Part shown: piece by piece, positions 15,097-28,852 of the stretch | Layout of the letters: each line of letters starts with the position of its first letter | Numbering within the stretch: the first letter of the stretch is position 1 | Assembly (NCBI GenBank): GCA_964016885.1 | Contig: OZ024746.1 | Coordinates: 20,832,001-20,896,000 of the forward strand | From: Eledone cirrhosa | Lineage: Eukaryota | Length of the DNA stretch: 64,000 nt | Reading direction: 5' to 3' | Translations under genes and position numbers: made by a program | Notes under the pieces: model-generated | What the model was told of the DNA's origin: nothing | The model's database searches: none | What the model saw: only the letters and a program-made list of their open reading frames with translations

Positions 15097-15310
15097 GGTA
15101 GCACATTGGCAGAATCGATAGAACGTTGGATGGAATTCTTTGCGGTATTCGTTCCGGCTCTCTGCTCTGAGTTCGACTCCCGTCGAGGTCAATAAAAAAG
15201 TACCAGTCTAGTTCTGTGATCGATTTTTCCTCTATATCTATTCATCTATAGAAGAAATCTTTTGTGTTCAGATCTGGAGAGGGATGGGCTCCACCAAACT
15301 TAAAATTTCC
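15097..15310 (+). mobile_element. Degenerate tRNA-derived SINE (family B)
   Basis: TTGGCAGAATCG...GAGTTCGACTCCCG...GTACCAG and tail TTCAGATCTGGAGAGGGATGGGCTCC shared with 57557-57901. Confidence 0.65.
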
Positions 15311-17241
15311 AAGAAATGTCGTATGTCACTACTGCACCCTTACAATTTTATCAGAAGTTACGGGACCATAAAAAATACCTATGTAACTTTAGGTGATGTT
15401 ACCCGGCGTCAAAGGTAAACTCCCCAAAATACCCGTCATATGACCGGTAACTTTTTAGTTCTTAACATATGTGGAAACGAAATACGTTGAACAGCTTGAA
15501 ACTGAACATATTTAAATATTTACTCAAATACACTTCTATTTGTGTCACATCACTGCCTCAAAAGATTATCATTAATAACAAATGAACATTAGCGGTAATG
15601 GAATGGTATAAAGTGTAGAGCACTGAGATAACTACTTTACAGTATTTTGTCGTCTTTCTAATTTCCAAGTTAAATTCCACGCATTTATTGTGTTCGATAA
15701 AATAAGTACCAGGCACTTACCCAAACGATTCTATTATATTGTACGTCACAAATCCATGGCTTCGGGTTAACATACAAATCCAATATTGAGCTATACTATT
15801 GCAGAGTCTCACACACATTTGAAAACAATATATGGTACTGGTACAGAATTGTGAATACAACTTTTTATTACGTCGTAGAAATATGATTTTATTAATTGAT
15901 GAATAGTAGGCTCCTTGCAATAGAATAATTTTAAGTGTCGTGCAGAGAGCAAGGAAATTATTTATTTGTTTACTTTACATTTCATCACATGACGAGGTAT
16001 AAATTTTATTGCATAGGAAAGCTGTTAACAGTTTTCGTTGTGTTAAACTGACCGGTAAACAATTATACTAAAAAAACTATTGTTATGATCGTTAAGAGTA
16101 TTCAGGTAATGTTTCAAAATAAAAGCCATTTGAGAAAAAATAAATACAAAATAAAAACCCGCACAGAAAAAAACAACAATAAAGGATTTCCTTGAACAAA
16201 AATATCTAAATTTATACAATCTAATATGCGTTCTGATAATTTTTATGGGTTGTAACTAATTGAACAGAAGAAATTTTGAAATTCCTTCCAGTGTAATTCC
16301 AGAATGTGATGAGGAAAGAAATGTTTATTATTATTTTAAAGAAAGAAAATCGATGCATTAGTTTAAATTATTCAGAGAATAAATTACTTTAAATGTATTG
16401 AAGAAAAACACCATTCTACATTAACTGATCCCTTGGAAATTATTATATAATGCAGTTGTGAAAAAGAGTTACTTAATCAATAACACATGTAAGTTGCAAA
16501 GAAAGGAAATCAGGCTCCAATTTCGATTTCAAATTAAAGTCAAGTCTAATGATATTTTTCAGAAAATCACAGAATTTACACTTTTTCATTTAATTTTCAT
16601 TACAACGATCAATCGTATTTAAATGAAATCTTTAAATCAGCTGTATATTGTCTACAGTCGTAGAAAAGAGGTAACCCTCAAGACGAGGACCCTTGTCATT
16701 AGTCTCCCCTACTCACACTACAACATATTGTATTATTAGGTTTACTAAAACTATAAGAAACGTCATGACACCTCTGTGTCAACTCAGGTTTGATTTCGCA
16801 AATATGCAGATTTTCTCTATAATAACGAATTTACAAAATACATGAGATTTCCGTTCATAAACTTCTTTTCGTATATTACATGTCCAGTTACTACGGAGGT
16901 ATATTGCATCATACTGTTCCTTCAAAGGATACATGAGGGCATCGGAAAAATACGCACTAATAATGAATCTGGTTAAAATATTAGTTATGCCCAAGTTGAG
17001 CTAACTATTTGAAAGTCACAGAATGATAGCATTCTCTAGAAATGATCGTCTGATGCAATACTCATAAGCTTTGCACTCTCAAACTGTTGAGAACGATGCA
17101 GTTAGTGTTCCATTTCAACATCTATAGGTCAGCATTTGCAGGATATTACTTTAGAGTAGAGCAATTCTGAGAAGAAAGGATTGATATAGTGGGGCCAACA
17201 AGTCGATATACCACAAAGGAGACGAAAAGATCAGAGACGGA

Positions 17242-17317
<76 letters not shown>

Positions 17318-17318
<1 letters not shown>

Positions 17319-17473
17319 CGGAGGAAAAGTGGTAAGGAACCAGGTGGACCATAACGCACCAAAGTACTCAATACTTAGGGTAGTAGAGTGGGTAATAGGA
17401 ACGAGTAGGACCCCGACGGCTGAGCTCAAGCCGTCGAAACGGCTTGAGCTCAGCCGTCGGGGTCCTACTCGTT

Positions 17474-17478
<5 letters not shown>
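17318..17478. mobile_element. (TA)n-flanked short element with perfect 40-bp hairpin
   Basis: Arms 17395-17434 and 17439-17478, loop CGAA; family copies at 60993-61197 and 24088-24226. Confidence 0.85.
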
Positions 17479-17515
<37 letters not shown>

Positions 17516-17569
17516 ACATATATATATATATATGTGTATATATATATATATATGTATATGCGCGTGTAT

Positions 17570-17604
<35 letters not shown>

Positions 17605-17778
17605 GATATAGTGGGGCCCGCAAGTCGATATACCATAAAGGAGCCGAAAAGATGAGAGACGGATATATATATATATATACGTCTCTCATATATATATCAA
17701 CACCCCACTCTCCAGAGCGTGAAATTAATAAACATTCGTTGTACTGCCTCTCTGTTTTGTCCCTGTTCAAATTTTTCC

Positions 17779-17844
<66 letters not shown>

Positions 17845-17862
17845 CGTGTGTATATATGTATA

Positions 17863-17896
<34 letters not shown>

Positions 17897-17928
17897 GAAG
17901 TGGTTACACAACAGTTAGTTCGCCATAC

Positions 17929-17970
17929 CGAGAACAATTGTTTCACCTTAGCGGATCCTCAGCTAACTCG
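17929..17970 (-). ncRNA. Candidate minimal hammerhead ribozyme motif
   Basis: Minus strand CTGAGGA-TCCGCTAAGGT-GAA-ACAATTGT-T; palindromic stem III; stems I and II weak. Confidence 0.4.
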
Positions 17971-18054
17971 TCCCATGGACTGAGTGCTCTACCACTACGG
18001 ATATTACCTTCCAGTGTTCTACCACTATATATATGTATGTGTGTGTGTGTGTGT

Positions 18055-18104
<50 letters not shown>

Positions 18105-18225
18105 TGCGCCAGGAGGGTCTGGTGAGTGTACCGACATCAGAAGAGCACATGCAGTTCTAGTAACGACAAAAGGGGAAACAGAAGAAACAGTATTTGAGAT
18201 TTCAAGAGATTCAGCAACTGATAAG

Positions 18226-18506
18226 GGCTGAAAGTGCGTCTGGAGCCCAGAGGCTCATCAGGCCGGCCCTTATCCCGGTTTCCGTGAAGAGACTGAGAGC
18301 ACAATAGTCCAGCCTGGACAGGAAGCAGGTCTATCGCAGTGTTAAACCCCAGGCATTGCTGGTACTCATTTTCTGCTGAGTATACTGGAGCAACATGAAA
18401 TGAAGTGTTTTGCTCAAGAACACAACACACAACCTAGTGCAGGAATCGAACCCATGACATTATGATAGAAAGTCCAACACACTTACCACCAGATCACGCG
18501 TCTCCA
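18226..18506 (-). mobile_element. Near full-length tRNA-derived SINE (family C)
   Basis: Minus strand has B box GGTTCGATTCC, GTGTTCTTGAGCAAAACACTTCATTTCA core and a GGAAACCGGGATAAG..CCTGATGAGCC tail. Confidence 0.8.
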
Positions 18507-19347
18507 CTGCTTTCTGCTCTTGGAATTATATACTGTTACGTTATTCTCCACTGTACTTCCTAGTCGTCTAACCAATGAATGGTCATGCCTCCTACTCTGC
18601 ATTACTAAATTAAAATATCCACATTCCGTGCATTTTTTAAATCAGGTTTTTATACAGTTGTATTTATTGATATTTTATTGCGCAAATTCATTTTCTAGAG
18701 TAGCATGTAGATGTATCTTTACATGGTTAATATAATATCACTAGTGCTGCAGAGAACATTTATTAATAATAACGACTGTTTTATTAGCTTATAGTACTGA
18801 GCTGAACTCTTCATCTTTGCTTGGTCCAAGTGACATTGCCTTCCACCATCATTACTTTCGTTAATCACATCCTATAATATTACATATAGTTATATTAAAG
18901 ATAGAAATTGAAGCATCTATTTGGATTTTTTTATTTTTCTATATTCGCATCTTACTGGTTAATATTACAGATTTTACCTTACCTGGATAATTTTCTAATT
19001 TGAATTGGAACATTTGCAATTACATAAGCAACAGAGTTGAAATTAAAGTGTCTCTCGTGTGACTTCATATCTCGCAATTTCATGTTTTAGTGAACGTCTG
19101 TCACCTTGACTACTTAAGATTATTTTGTCTTCTAAAATTAATACAGAAACGAGAGCACATTCATATTCGTATTTTCATTTTCTGTCAGTTTATTAACATG
19201 CATATACCAAAGTATATAACCGTTAATATTGAATTTCGTCTATTAATCGGTCAGTTATATATACAGTACCGACTTGAAGTTATGAAGATGAGCATTGAGT
19301 GTCCAGGTATACACAGGATCATCAACGAAATGCTGCAACGAATCATT

Positions 19348-19752
19348 TAACTCATGGCTAGTTGTTTGATACTCTAACTCATGGCTAGTTGTTTGATACT
19401 CTGACTCATGGCTAGTTGTTTGATACTCTAACTCATGGCTAGTTGTTTGATACTCTGACTCATGGCTAGTTGTTTGATACTCTAACTCATGGTTAGTTGT
19501 TTGATACTCTAACTCATGGCTAGTTGTTTGATACTCTAACTCATGGCTAGTTGTTTGATACTCTGACTCATGGTTAGTTGTTTGATACTCTAACTCATGG
19601 CTAGTTGTTTGATACTCTAACTCATGGCTAGTTGTTTGATACTCTAACTCATGGCTAGTTGTTTGATACTCTAACTCATGGCTAGTTGTTTGATACTCTG
19701 ACTCATGGCTAGTTGTTTGATACTCTAACTCATGGCTAGTTGTTTGATACTC
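19348..19752. repeat. 27-bp minisatellite, 15 copies
   Basis: Unit TAACTCATGGCTAGTTGTTTGATACTC; open on the minus strand as (LEYQTTSHE)n. Confidence 0.97.
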
Positions 19753-19953
19753 TGTCAATTTCTCTATCTGAAACTATATTTAATCCTGTAAATATAACTG
19801 AATGATTGACACTCAATGATTGACACTCAATGATTGACACTCAAAAGGAGCTGAGACTATCACATTGCGTAAAAATATTGCAGACGTGATCCCATTGCAA
19901 TTGTTATGACAATGAATGTTATAATAATTCCTCAACACTGTCCTAATTGGTTG

Positions 19954-20170
19954 TACGAGGGTCGGCTGAAAATTTTATAGACTGAAAAGTTAATAGGCAG
20001 ACAAAGATACACTCATTAAATGACCAAATAAGGTTTATATTTCAACATAGTCCCAGGAAAGAAACAATGCAGTTATTAATAAGAAGAGTTGAAATTAATA
20101 CATAAAGATTTCTCAGCTCTAACATCAATCCTTCATAGCCAGCCTATGAACTTTCCAGCTGACTCTCGTA
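19954..20170. mobile_element. Tc1/mariner-type MITE with TA TSD
   Basis: TA-CGAGGGTCGGCTGAAAA...TTTCCAGCTGACTCTCG-TA. Confidence 0.85.
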
Positions 20171-20267
20171 AGTTCACAGTACATTATTGAAGAGGTTGTA
20201 TAGGTCACTTGGACTGTTGCAGTTCCTGTCATGATTGTGACATCAGATTTTGGTGATAGTATCTATC

Positions 20268-20385
20268 TTTGTATGACGAATATTATCGAATGCATTATAA
20301 TATAAGTTTGTATGACGAATATTATCGAATGCATTATAATATAAGTTTGTATGACGAATATTATCGAATGCATTATAATATAAGT
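20268..20385. repeat. 39-bp tandem repeat x3
   Basis: TTTGTATGACGAATATTATCGAATGCATTATAATATAAG. Confidence 0.95.
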
Positions 20386-20391
20386 ATATAT

Positions 20392-20580
20392 GGCGGTGGA
20401 TTGGGAGTATCGGTAGAGGGTCGGACGCCATGCTTTCCAGCATAGTTACGTCCCTTTATGATCTGTGTTCAAATCCCGCCGAGGTTGACTTTGCCTTTCA
20501 TCCTTACGGGGTCGATAAAATAAAGTACCAGTAATGCACTGGGTGATTGCTGGCCTTGTGCCTAAAGTAGAAACAATTAT
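20392..20580 (+). mobile_element. Full-length SINE family A
   Basis: A/B boxes and central domain; 18-bp TSD ATTATAATATAAGTATAT (20372-20389, 20576-20593). Confidence 0.9.
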
Positions 20581-21790
20581 AATATAAGTATATCATTAGT
20601 TATATTATGTAGTATAGGTCGTTGATATACGGCTTGTACTGGGTATTCTACCGGCGAATTGGCAGAGTCATAAGAAAGTCGGATAGAGTGCTCTGCGGTA
20701 TTCGTTTCGGCTCTCTTCTCTCTCATTTCAAATAACACCATGAAACAAAGTACCAGTAACACATTGGGTCGATTTAATTGACTTTCCCATCCCTTCAAAT
20801 TATATGACTTGTGCCTAAATCAAAAATATTTTTATAAACGTAGAGAATCGTTACGTTAACATAATTCTGTAAAGCTAGGATTGTTTTCTACGTTGTACTT
20901 GAATGTAACAAACTATCGTTCATATTTAGTCAATACATTATGATTAAATAGAATTAATTCACACTAACATTCAAATCTTGTTACGGTGTAGGTTTTGTCA
21001 TGTAGAATAATTTCTATAACTCCCAACTTAGCTTTTGATATTATATTTTTATAACTTCAGAAGATTTAAACAAAATATATATTATCAGGACACCTCTAAC
21101 CCGTATTATATTCCTTCAATAACAGTCATAAATAATCCATCTTTTACAACTAACGAAATCTAATTTGTATGAAGTAGAAAAATAATCCACTACAATGAAA
21201 TATATATATATATCGAACTCAATAATATATAAGGAACTCTTATTGAAAGTCTAGTTGGGATTCAGTAGAAATAATATTAAGCTTTGATAGAAAGATGTAC
21301 ATTTTGTGAATTGTTACGACCGTCTGTTGGCTGGGAATTTTCAGTAGATACAAAATTGGCAAATGTTCAGTGAAACGAAATCCCTTTAAAATATTATCTA
21401 TAATATGCTTTTACTTACCATCTCATATATTTCAATAAGTTAACTCCCAGCGTCAAAAGTCTCTGCAGAATGCATTTGAATATACACATCAATTGAAACC
21501 TAGTAAAAATGTTATAAATTATACAATACAACCTTTTACGAGTCTAAAATTATCATACACGCTTCTTATAAAGGGCTAATTCAATATAAATTCTTACGCC
21601 CTTAACACAGAAAACCCAGTATTCAAATTTATACTCACTTCAGACAAACAGGCCGCGATGCAACAGGACAGTGGTCTTATAACATGCATAAAACAAGCTT
21701 ATGATATATAGTTGCCACAGATATCAATAGTAAAATAATAGAAGTGGACACAAACTTAGAATTGAAGAAGTTCATGATAAAATAAACAGC

Positions 21791-22054
<264 letters not shown>

Positions 22055-22508
22055 ATAAAAAATGCATCTGCTGATACAGTACTCAGTAAATTTCCCACCG
22101 GGTTACTCTCCCTAACTACAATGCTTGAAAACATACAACGTTATTAGTCGGTGTTCAATGAACGTAACAGCTCCTTTTTTTAAAAATAATACTGATAACT
22201 ACAAATATGTCATAACAACAGCACAACTTAAGTTTTTTTTATATCATAAATATTCCTAACAAACACAACACATGCCTCACTAATTTAACTACAATAATTC
22301 TTTCTTAAATATTACATGTTCTACATGTTTAGTTTCCACCACCTCTTGGCAAAAGGTCCTTCCACTTTCCTCAGACCACTTAACAATGATATACAAACAA
22401 TAACAAAACAATAACAACAATAATAACAGTATCAAAGGTTTGAATAAACGCATGCATTCAAATCTTTATTGAGGAACTCGTAGAGGCGCCGTATTGACAC
22501 AGCGTTTC

Positions 22509-22780
22509 TAGAGCATTTAAAACCTGGTAGAGCCCATCTCATCTCCAGGTCTGAACACAGCAGATTTCTCCCAGAGAAGAATAGAAAGGGAGAGAAAGGA
22601 AGTGAGAAAGAGATATAAAGGAAGAATCGACTCCAGTACTAGACTGGTACTTTTTTATCGACCTTAAATGGATGAAGGGCAAAGTTAAACTTGGCGGGAT
22701 TTGAACTCAGAGAGAAGAGATCCGATACGATTACCATAAATCATTATATTCGATGTTCTAACAACTCTGCTAATTCACAG
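22509..22780 (-). mobile_element. SINE family B
   Basis: Homologous to 57557-57901 and 44400-44657. Confidence 0.7.
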
Positions 22781-23232
22781 TCTAAAGGTTTCAATAAGAC
22801 AACATGAAAAGCCATACTGAGGACCATGACTGAACAAACTCTAGGATGTTTCTGCAGCTTGTAATAGAAATGAGTTTTAGAGTATCATCCATTGACGACA
22901 TGTTACTATGTTACTATGTACAGAAATAGAGTAGGAATCTGAATATAATCATTTAGACGAGCAATATTAAAAATAAAAACAAATACAGAAGAAAAGCAGT
23001 TGACTTAATGCAAATTTTCAGAATCTATAAATATGAAATATTTTTATCTGACATAGAACAACGTTATTAAGGTTTGCCTTAGGTCATTATCAAATAAAAA
23101 TAAAACGGAAATTAAAACAAAATGGAAATTCAAATTAATAAAACGAAGCAAAGACAAGAAAATGAAGAAAATAATTATCATGTATGTCAGTAAGAGTGAT
23201 TTAAATGATCACACGACTTATAATATAATAAT

Positions 23233-23333
23233 AATTGTTTCTACTTTAGGCACAAGGCCAGCAATTTCCCAGTGCATTACTGGTACTTTATTTTATCGAC
23301 CCCGTAAGGATGAAAGGCAAAGTCAACCTCGGC
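23233..23333 (-). mobile_element. SINE family A, 5'-truncated
   Basis: Matches the tail half of 462-651. Confidence 0.85.
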
Positions 23334-23344
23334 AACAATAATCC

Positions 23345-23875
<531 letters not shown>

Positions 23876-24087
23876 GTGAAAAATTGAACGGGAACAAAAC
23901 AGAGATGCAGTACGAACAAAGGTTTATTAATTTCACGCTCTTGAGAGTGGGGTGGTGGTGTATATCTTGCATCATAATTGGATGATGAAGCTGGACCTTT
24001 GAAATATGTATAGTGATTTTACGGAATTAAAATTCACAGCAGCACCGCCTTCTGTTGCCATTTTAAATATATAAATATATATATATA

Positions 24088-24225
24088 GTTCGGATCTAGC
24101 TGTCAAAACGGCAGGAGCTCAGCCGTTGGGGTCCTGACTCTTTTCCTATTATTCACTCTACTACCCTAAGTATCGAGTACTCTGGTGCGTTATGGTCCAC
24201 CTGGTTTCTTACCACATTTTCTTTG

Positions 24226-24226
<1 letters not shown>
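24088..24226 (-). mobile_element. Diverged, non-inverted copy of the 17318/60993 family
   Basis: Reverse complement matches GTGGTAAG.AACCAGGTGGACCATAACGCACC...TAGGGTAGTAGAGTG; (TA)n on both sides. Confidence 0.8.
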
Positions 24227-24265
<39 letters not shown>

Positions 24266-24273
<8 letters not shown>

Positions 24274-24560
24274 ATACTTGGGGAGGGTCATATTTGTGTA
24301 ATAATATTGCCAGAATTAATAACAGAACACACTCACTGTTTGGTTGGTTTTCGCTTCTGTGTCTTTTATATCGGTTAATTTAATTTATTCGGTCCTCAAT
24401 GTTACCATTGACTGACCAACGGTCAAAAATACTGATATAATATAGACACAAACACATATATATAGTTTATCAAAGTTCTTTCGTTGCACATATGTAGCAT
24501 CGTCAGTGGTGCTATTATGTTTCCTCCCGTTGTATTGTATGCCTACGCCATCTTTATTTA
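24266..24560 (-). mobile_element. Hammerhead-bearing Penelope-like terminal-repeat fragment
   Basis: Homologous to 35296-35600; degenerate CTGACGA...GAAA motif on the minus strand at 24467-24511. Confidence 0.6.
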
Positions 24561-24690
24561 GTCTGTTTATTTATTTATTTATTTATTTATATTTTTTTAT
24601 ATTTTTTTTAATTTTTTTTTTAAATTTATTTATATATATATATATATATGTATATATATGTATATATATATATATATGTATATGTATATA

Positions 24691-24735
<45 letters not shown>

Positions 24736-25205
24736 GTATATATATGTATATATATATATATATATATGTATATGTATATATATGTATATACATATATATA
24801 TATGTATATATATGTATGTGTGTGTGTATGTTATACTCTATTATATATGCCTGGATGGTATATTAATTTATATAAACTCGATCTTTGCCACCTCCTCGAG
24901 AAATATTTTCTAATTATTCATTTAATAATCTCAGATTAATTGAGCTGTACATAGTCATCCCGGCATGCAACTTTATTAGAATTTTCGTTAGCACACTCAC
25001 TCACACGTGTGTATATGTACTTTGTAGTAATCATTTTTGCTGTTGCTGTTGTAGAAAATTTCTTTCTCCTCTGTATCTGCTCCTATTTCACAAACACTGG
25101 CTGTTTACCAATCTTACCTCTCTGTCTTAGACCCACACTAACTCGCCCCCGTCCCATTGTCTCTGTTCATTTTCTTCTTCAAACATTATGATTCCTCGCT
25201 GAGTA

Positions 25206-25385
25206 GGCAGTATCGGTTGAGGGTCGGACGCCATGCTTTCCAATATAGAATTACGTCCCTTTACGGTCTGAGTTCAAATCCCGCCGAGGTTAACTTTGCT
25301 TTTCATCCTTACGGGGTCGATAAAATAAAGTACCAGTAATGCACTGGGATAATTGCTGGCCTTGTGCCAAAAGTAGAAACAGTTA
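25206..25385 (+). mobile_element. SINE family A
   Basis: Matches 20392-20580. Confidence 0.85.
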
Positions 25386-27660
25386 TGATTCCCTGTTTAT
25401 GGTCCGCCTGTTTTTATACCAAAAAAATTGGTAAATTTTCTTTGAAATGCAATCGACATACATAAGAGGGTATGTTTCAGAAATGCGAACCCCCACACTT
25501 ACAGCAGCTACAACAGCAACAACAACAACAACAGCAACAACAACAAAAGCATCAACGAGAACAATAATAATGATTTTTGATTTAAGCACAAGGCCAACAA
25601 TTTTGGGGGAGGCGAAAGTCGATTAAATCGACCCCAGTGTGTTAGTGATTCTTTATTTTTATCGACCCCGTAAGGATGAAAGGCAAAGCTGACCTCAGCG
25701 TCTACAACGAAGCTCCACGCAAGATTTGAAATAAATTGCACAGCAACGCCAAATCAAAAGCGAATTTCATCAGAAAACCAAGTAAAATATGTTAGTTAAA
25801 AATCCACAAACCTTCGCCAAAATATATTTTATGTATGACTTATTTCTGACATATAAATTCCTTTGTTGCCATTGAAAACACGTACGGGAAATGTAATCTG
25901 TTGAAAAACAGCCACCATACGTCGTGGAGAGTTTACAAGCGCTGCATAATAACGACCAAAGCATCTGCCATAAATCAAAAGGAAAACAAAAAAACCAAGG
26001 AAAATCAATGCATGTAAGTAATGCTCATAAAATGTATTGATTGCTGATATATTTCAAGTGTTCATATGAAAACAGGTGAGCAACGAAGGATGGATGAAAA
26101 GACCAAACTATCACAGATAAACACAGCAAACAGTCAAAATAAAACTCATAAACAGTATAATTCTGTAGAAAATGAAATAACAAAAATACGAGGATACACA
26201 TATTGAAGAAAAAAATATGACGACCTATGTGTGTAAAAGCGTACAAACAGAATTGGTACTCGTCAAAAGGGAAGACATTTTAAATGAAGGGCCCAAATTT
26301 AGCCCCCAAGTGCTACAAATAAAATCAAGAAGACATAAATGGACATGAGAGAAATATGTGTCGGTTATATATGCATATTTTACGGCAACACTGCACTCTG
26401 AAGATGAAAGTACAACAGTTTTACACATAAAAACTGTGGATCAAAAACCAACTAACGAACATAAAAATATTGAGAATTTAAACCATGGAGATAGAACCAA
26501 CATATCCAAAGCAACAATAGGCAACAAACCCCAACCCTAAAATATATACAGATTATTAACTAACAAAAACCGATTCAAGACAACACAGCCAAAAATACAA
26601 ATTAAAGGAAACATGAAAGGGAAGATACAGGAAAAAGAAACCCCAAATACAAAATTCAGTACTGCAATAGAATAAAGATAAAAATAATCCAGGAACCTTA
26701 AACAAAAGAAGATGAAAATCAATAGCGAAATAGAAACCATTTTAAAAACGTTAACCAGGCTATCAAAGACTTAACTAACACGAACAGAAACATTCGTAGC
26801 ACAAGGCTAAATAACAGAACAACCACTAAGTATGGATGGTCGATCAATCGATCAGGATCCCAATAATAGCAGGTTCCTTATCTACCCTGTCTATGATGAA
26901 GGTTGCCGTGGATGGATTTGTTCGGAATGGTACATGTTTGCTCTTCTATCACACTATCGACAACAAGTTCTAACGTCGATGCTGAAGACTTCTCCAAATT
27001 GTTGAACTTTCTGTTTAGCAAAGCTATGAACCTAAAATTTCAATGTGGCCCCTCTTATTCTCGTCATTTATCCGCAGCGCCACTCTGCTGCGAGTTTGTG
27101 AGTATAACTCCGTTGCAAATGACTCGTTATATTTCTTGACTCGGTCGGTATACTATATAGCAATGCCTCAGTTTACATAAACAGAACAGTTTGTACTCAG
27201 CAGTAGTGTGAATTAACTTAAAATTTAATCAATTCTAAAGCAGAAAGACATTTATTTCAAAGATAGTTGGATTGAACCCATCAAAGTTAAGGGTCAAATC
27301 ATTATTGACCAGTGACCAACAGAAGTGTTTGCAGTGATTAATTTTTAATCAATTCTTTCGAATTAAATTATGAAATAATCAACCCCGTTATATTAGAGGA
27401 AAGATTGAAATCCAGGTAATTGCCTCCATGCAATTGGATTTAATTATAGGTTCAAATACTAAAATGATTGAAAATTACCCCACGCTGGAATTTCACTGCA
27501 TCTTGAAATTAGTTTAAGAAAAATTTATCAAATAACCATAAATTCTATTATTTTGTTTTTTCCTAATAAGTGGTTCGGAGAGAAAACATTGAGATGTTAT
27601 GCGAATGCTGTGGTTTATACCCTTTCGAAATCTGTAATATCATTTCTTCTTCTTAATAAT

Positions 27661-27846
27661 AATTGTTTCTACTTTTTGGCACAAGGCCAGCAATTAACCA
27701 ATGCATTACTGGTACTTTATTTTATCGATCCCGGAAGGATGAAAGGCAAAGTTAACCTCGGCGGGATTTTAACTCAGGTCATACAGAGAGGTAACTCTAT
27801 GCTTCAAAGCATGACATCCGACCCTCTACCGATACTGCCAATCCAC
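27661..27846 (-). mobile_element. SINE family A
   Basis: Matches 462-651. Confidence 0.85.
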
Positions 27847-28239
27847 AATAATAATTCAGGTTATTAATTGTTTTAGTAGTGTACATTGAATGGCGTATGA
27901 TAACTGATATAATTTTAATGTCAAATATAGCATTATAATTTGAAGTTATAATTAACTTTTTGATAAAGGATTTGCTGGAGAATCATAAATATTACATTGC
28001 TCAAATTAATTAAGAAATAATATAACTGATCTTAGCAGTAGCATAAAGAAATTGGATTTATGTGACTGCAAATAGAAAAATAGGAATCATTGTCACGTTA
28101 ATTTAATAACTTTAGTTAGAATATTGATGGATTTTTAACTGCACACAACATGAAATTTATTTTACTAAAGCAATGTTAGCTAATCACACAATTTATTCAA
28201 TATACGGAATCTCACAATATCACGAAAGACTATTGACAT

Positions 28240-28441
28240 TACGAGAGCCGGCTGAAAAGTTTATAGGCTGACCAAGGCACTCTCATGGAATGACCAAATG
28301 AGGTATATTTTTCAAAATACTCCCTGGAAAGAAGCAATGCAGTTATTAACAAGAAGAGTTGAAATTAATGTATGCAAGATTTCACAGCTCCAGCATCAAT
28401 CCTTCCTAGTCAGTCTATGAAATTCTCAGCCGACTCTCGTA
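28240..28441. mobile_element. Tc1/mariner-type MITE with TA TSD
   Basis: TA-CGAGAGCCGGCTGAAAA...TTCTCAGCCGACTCTCG-TA. Confidence 0.85.
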
Positions 28442-28487
28442 TGTAAAAATAATTGAGCTGTATCGAATAAAAACAAATCACACAACT

Positions 28488-28852
28488 AAAGGGAACAGAA
28501 AAGGAAGAAGAAAAAAGAAAATGAAAAGGAGAAAAAGAAAGAAGAATCAAATGGCGAAAGAAAGGGAGAGGGGGAGCGACAGTCACTACACCCCAGTGTG
28601 AGTGGTGCCTCAGCCACGCTCCGCAGACAAAACAGCAAAAGCGTTACCGCGGAGAATAGACATAGACACCCACTGCAACAGCCACCCCACCCCAAGGGGC
28701 TCCCTCCTTTACAGAGGGAATCAGCAGTGCGGGGACCAAGAATGCCAGTGCTCTCGACAGATAACCAGTGCAAAGAAGACTAGTTGTAATAGTTTTAAGA
28801 TGGATTGTTCACGCAAATAAATGTGATTACGATACACAATACACAATACAAT
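28488..28852 (+). mobile_element. Probable 3' end of an unclassified retroposed element
   Basis: GC-rich open frame ending at TAG 28783, then AATAAA (28815-28820) and a short (ACAATAC)-type tandem tail. Confidence 0.45.

Noticed and set aside
16790-16980. Short plus-strand frame with an HEGIGKIR motif resembling an integrase zinc-binding region
   Set aside because: A single weak motif with no downstream CxxC or DDE residues
18240-18290. GAAAC...CTGATGAG on the minus strand as a hammerhead
   Set aside because: It lies in the ordinary 3' tail of SINE family C, and the required stems and cleavage triplet cannot be formed
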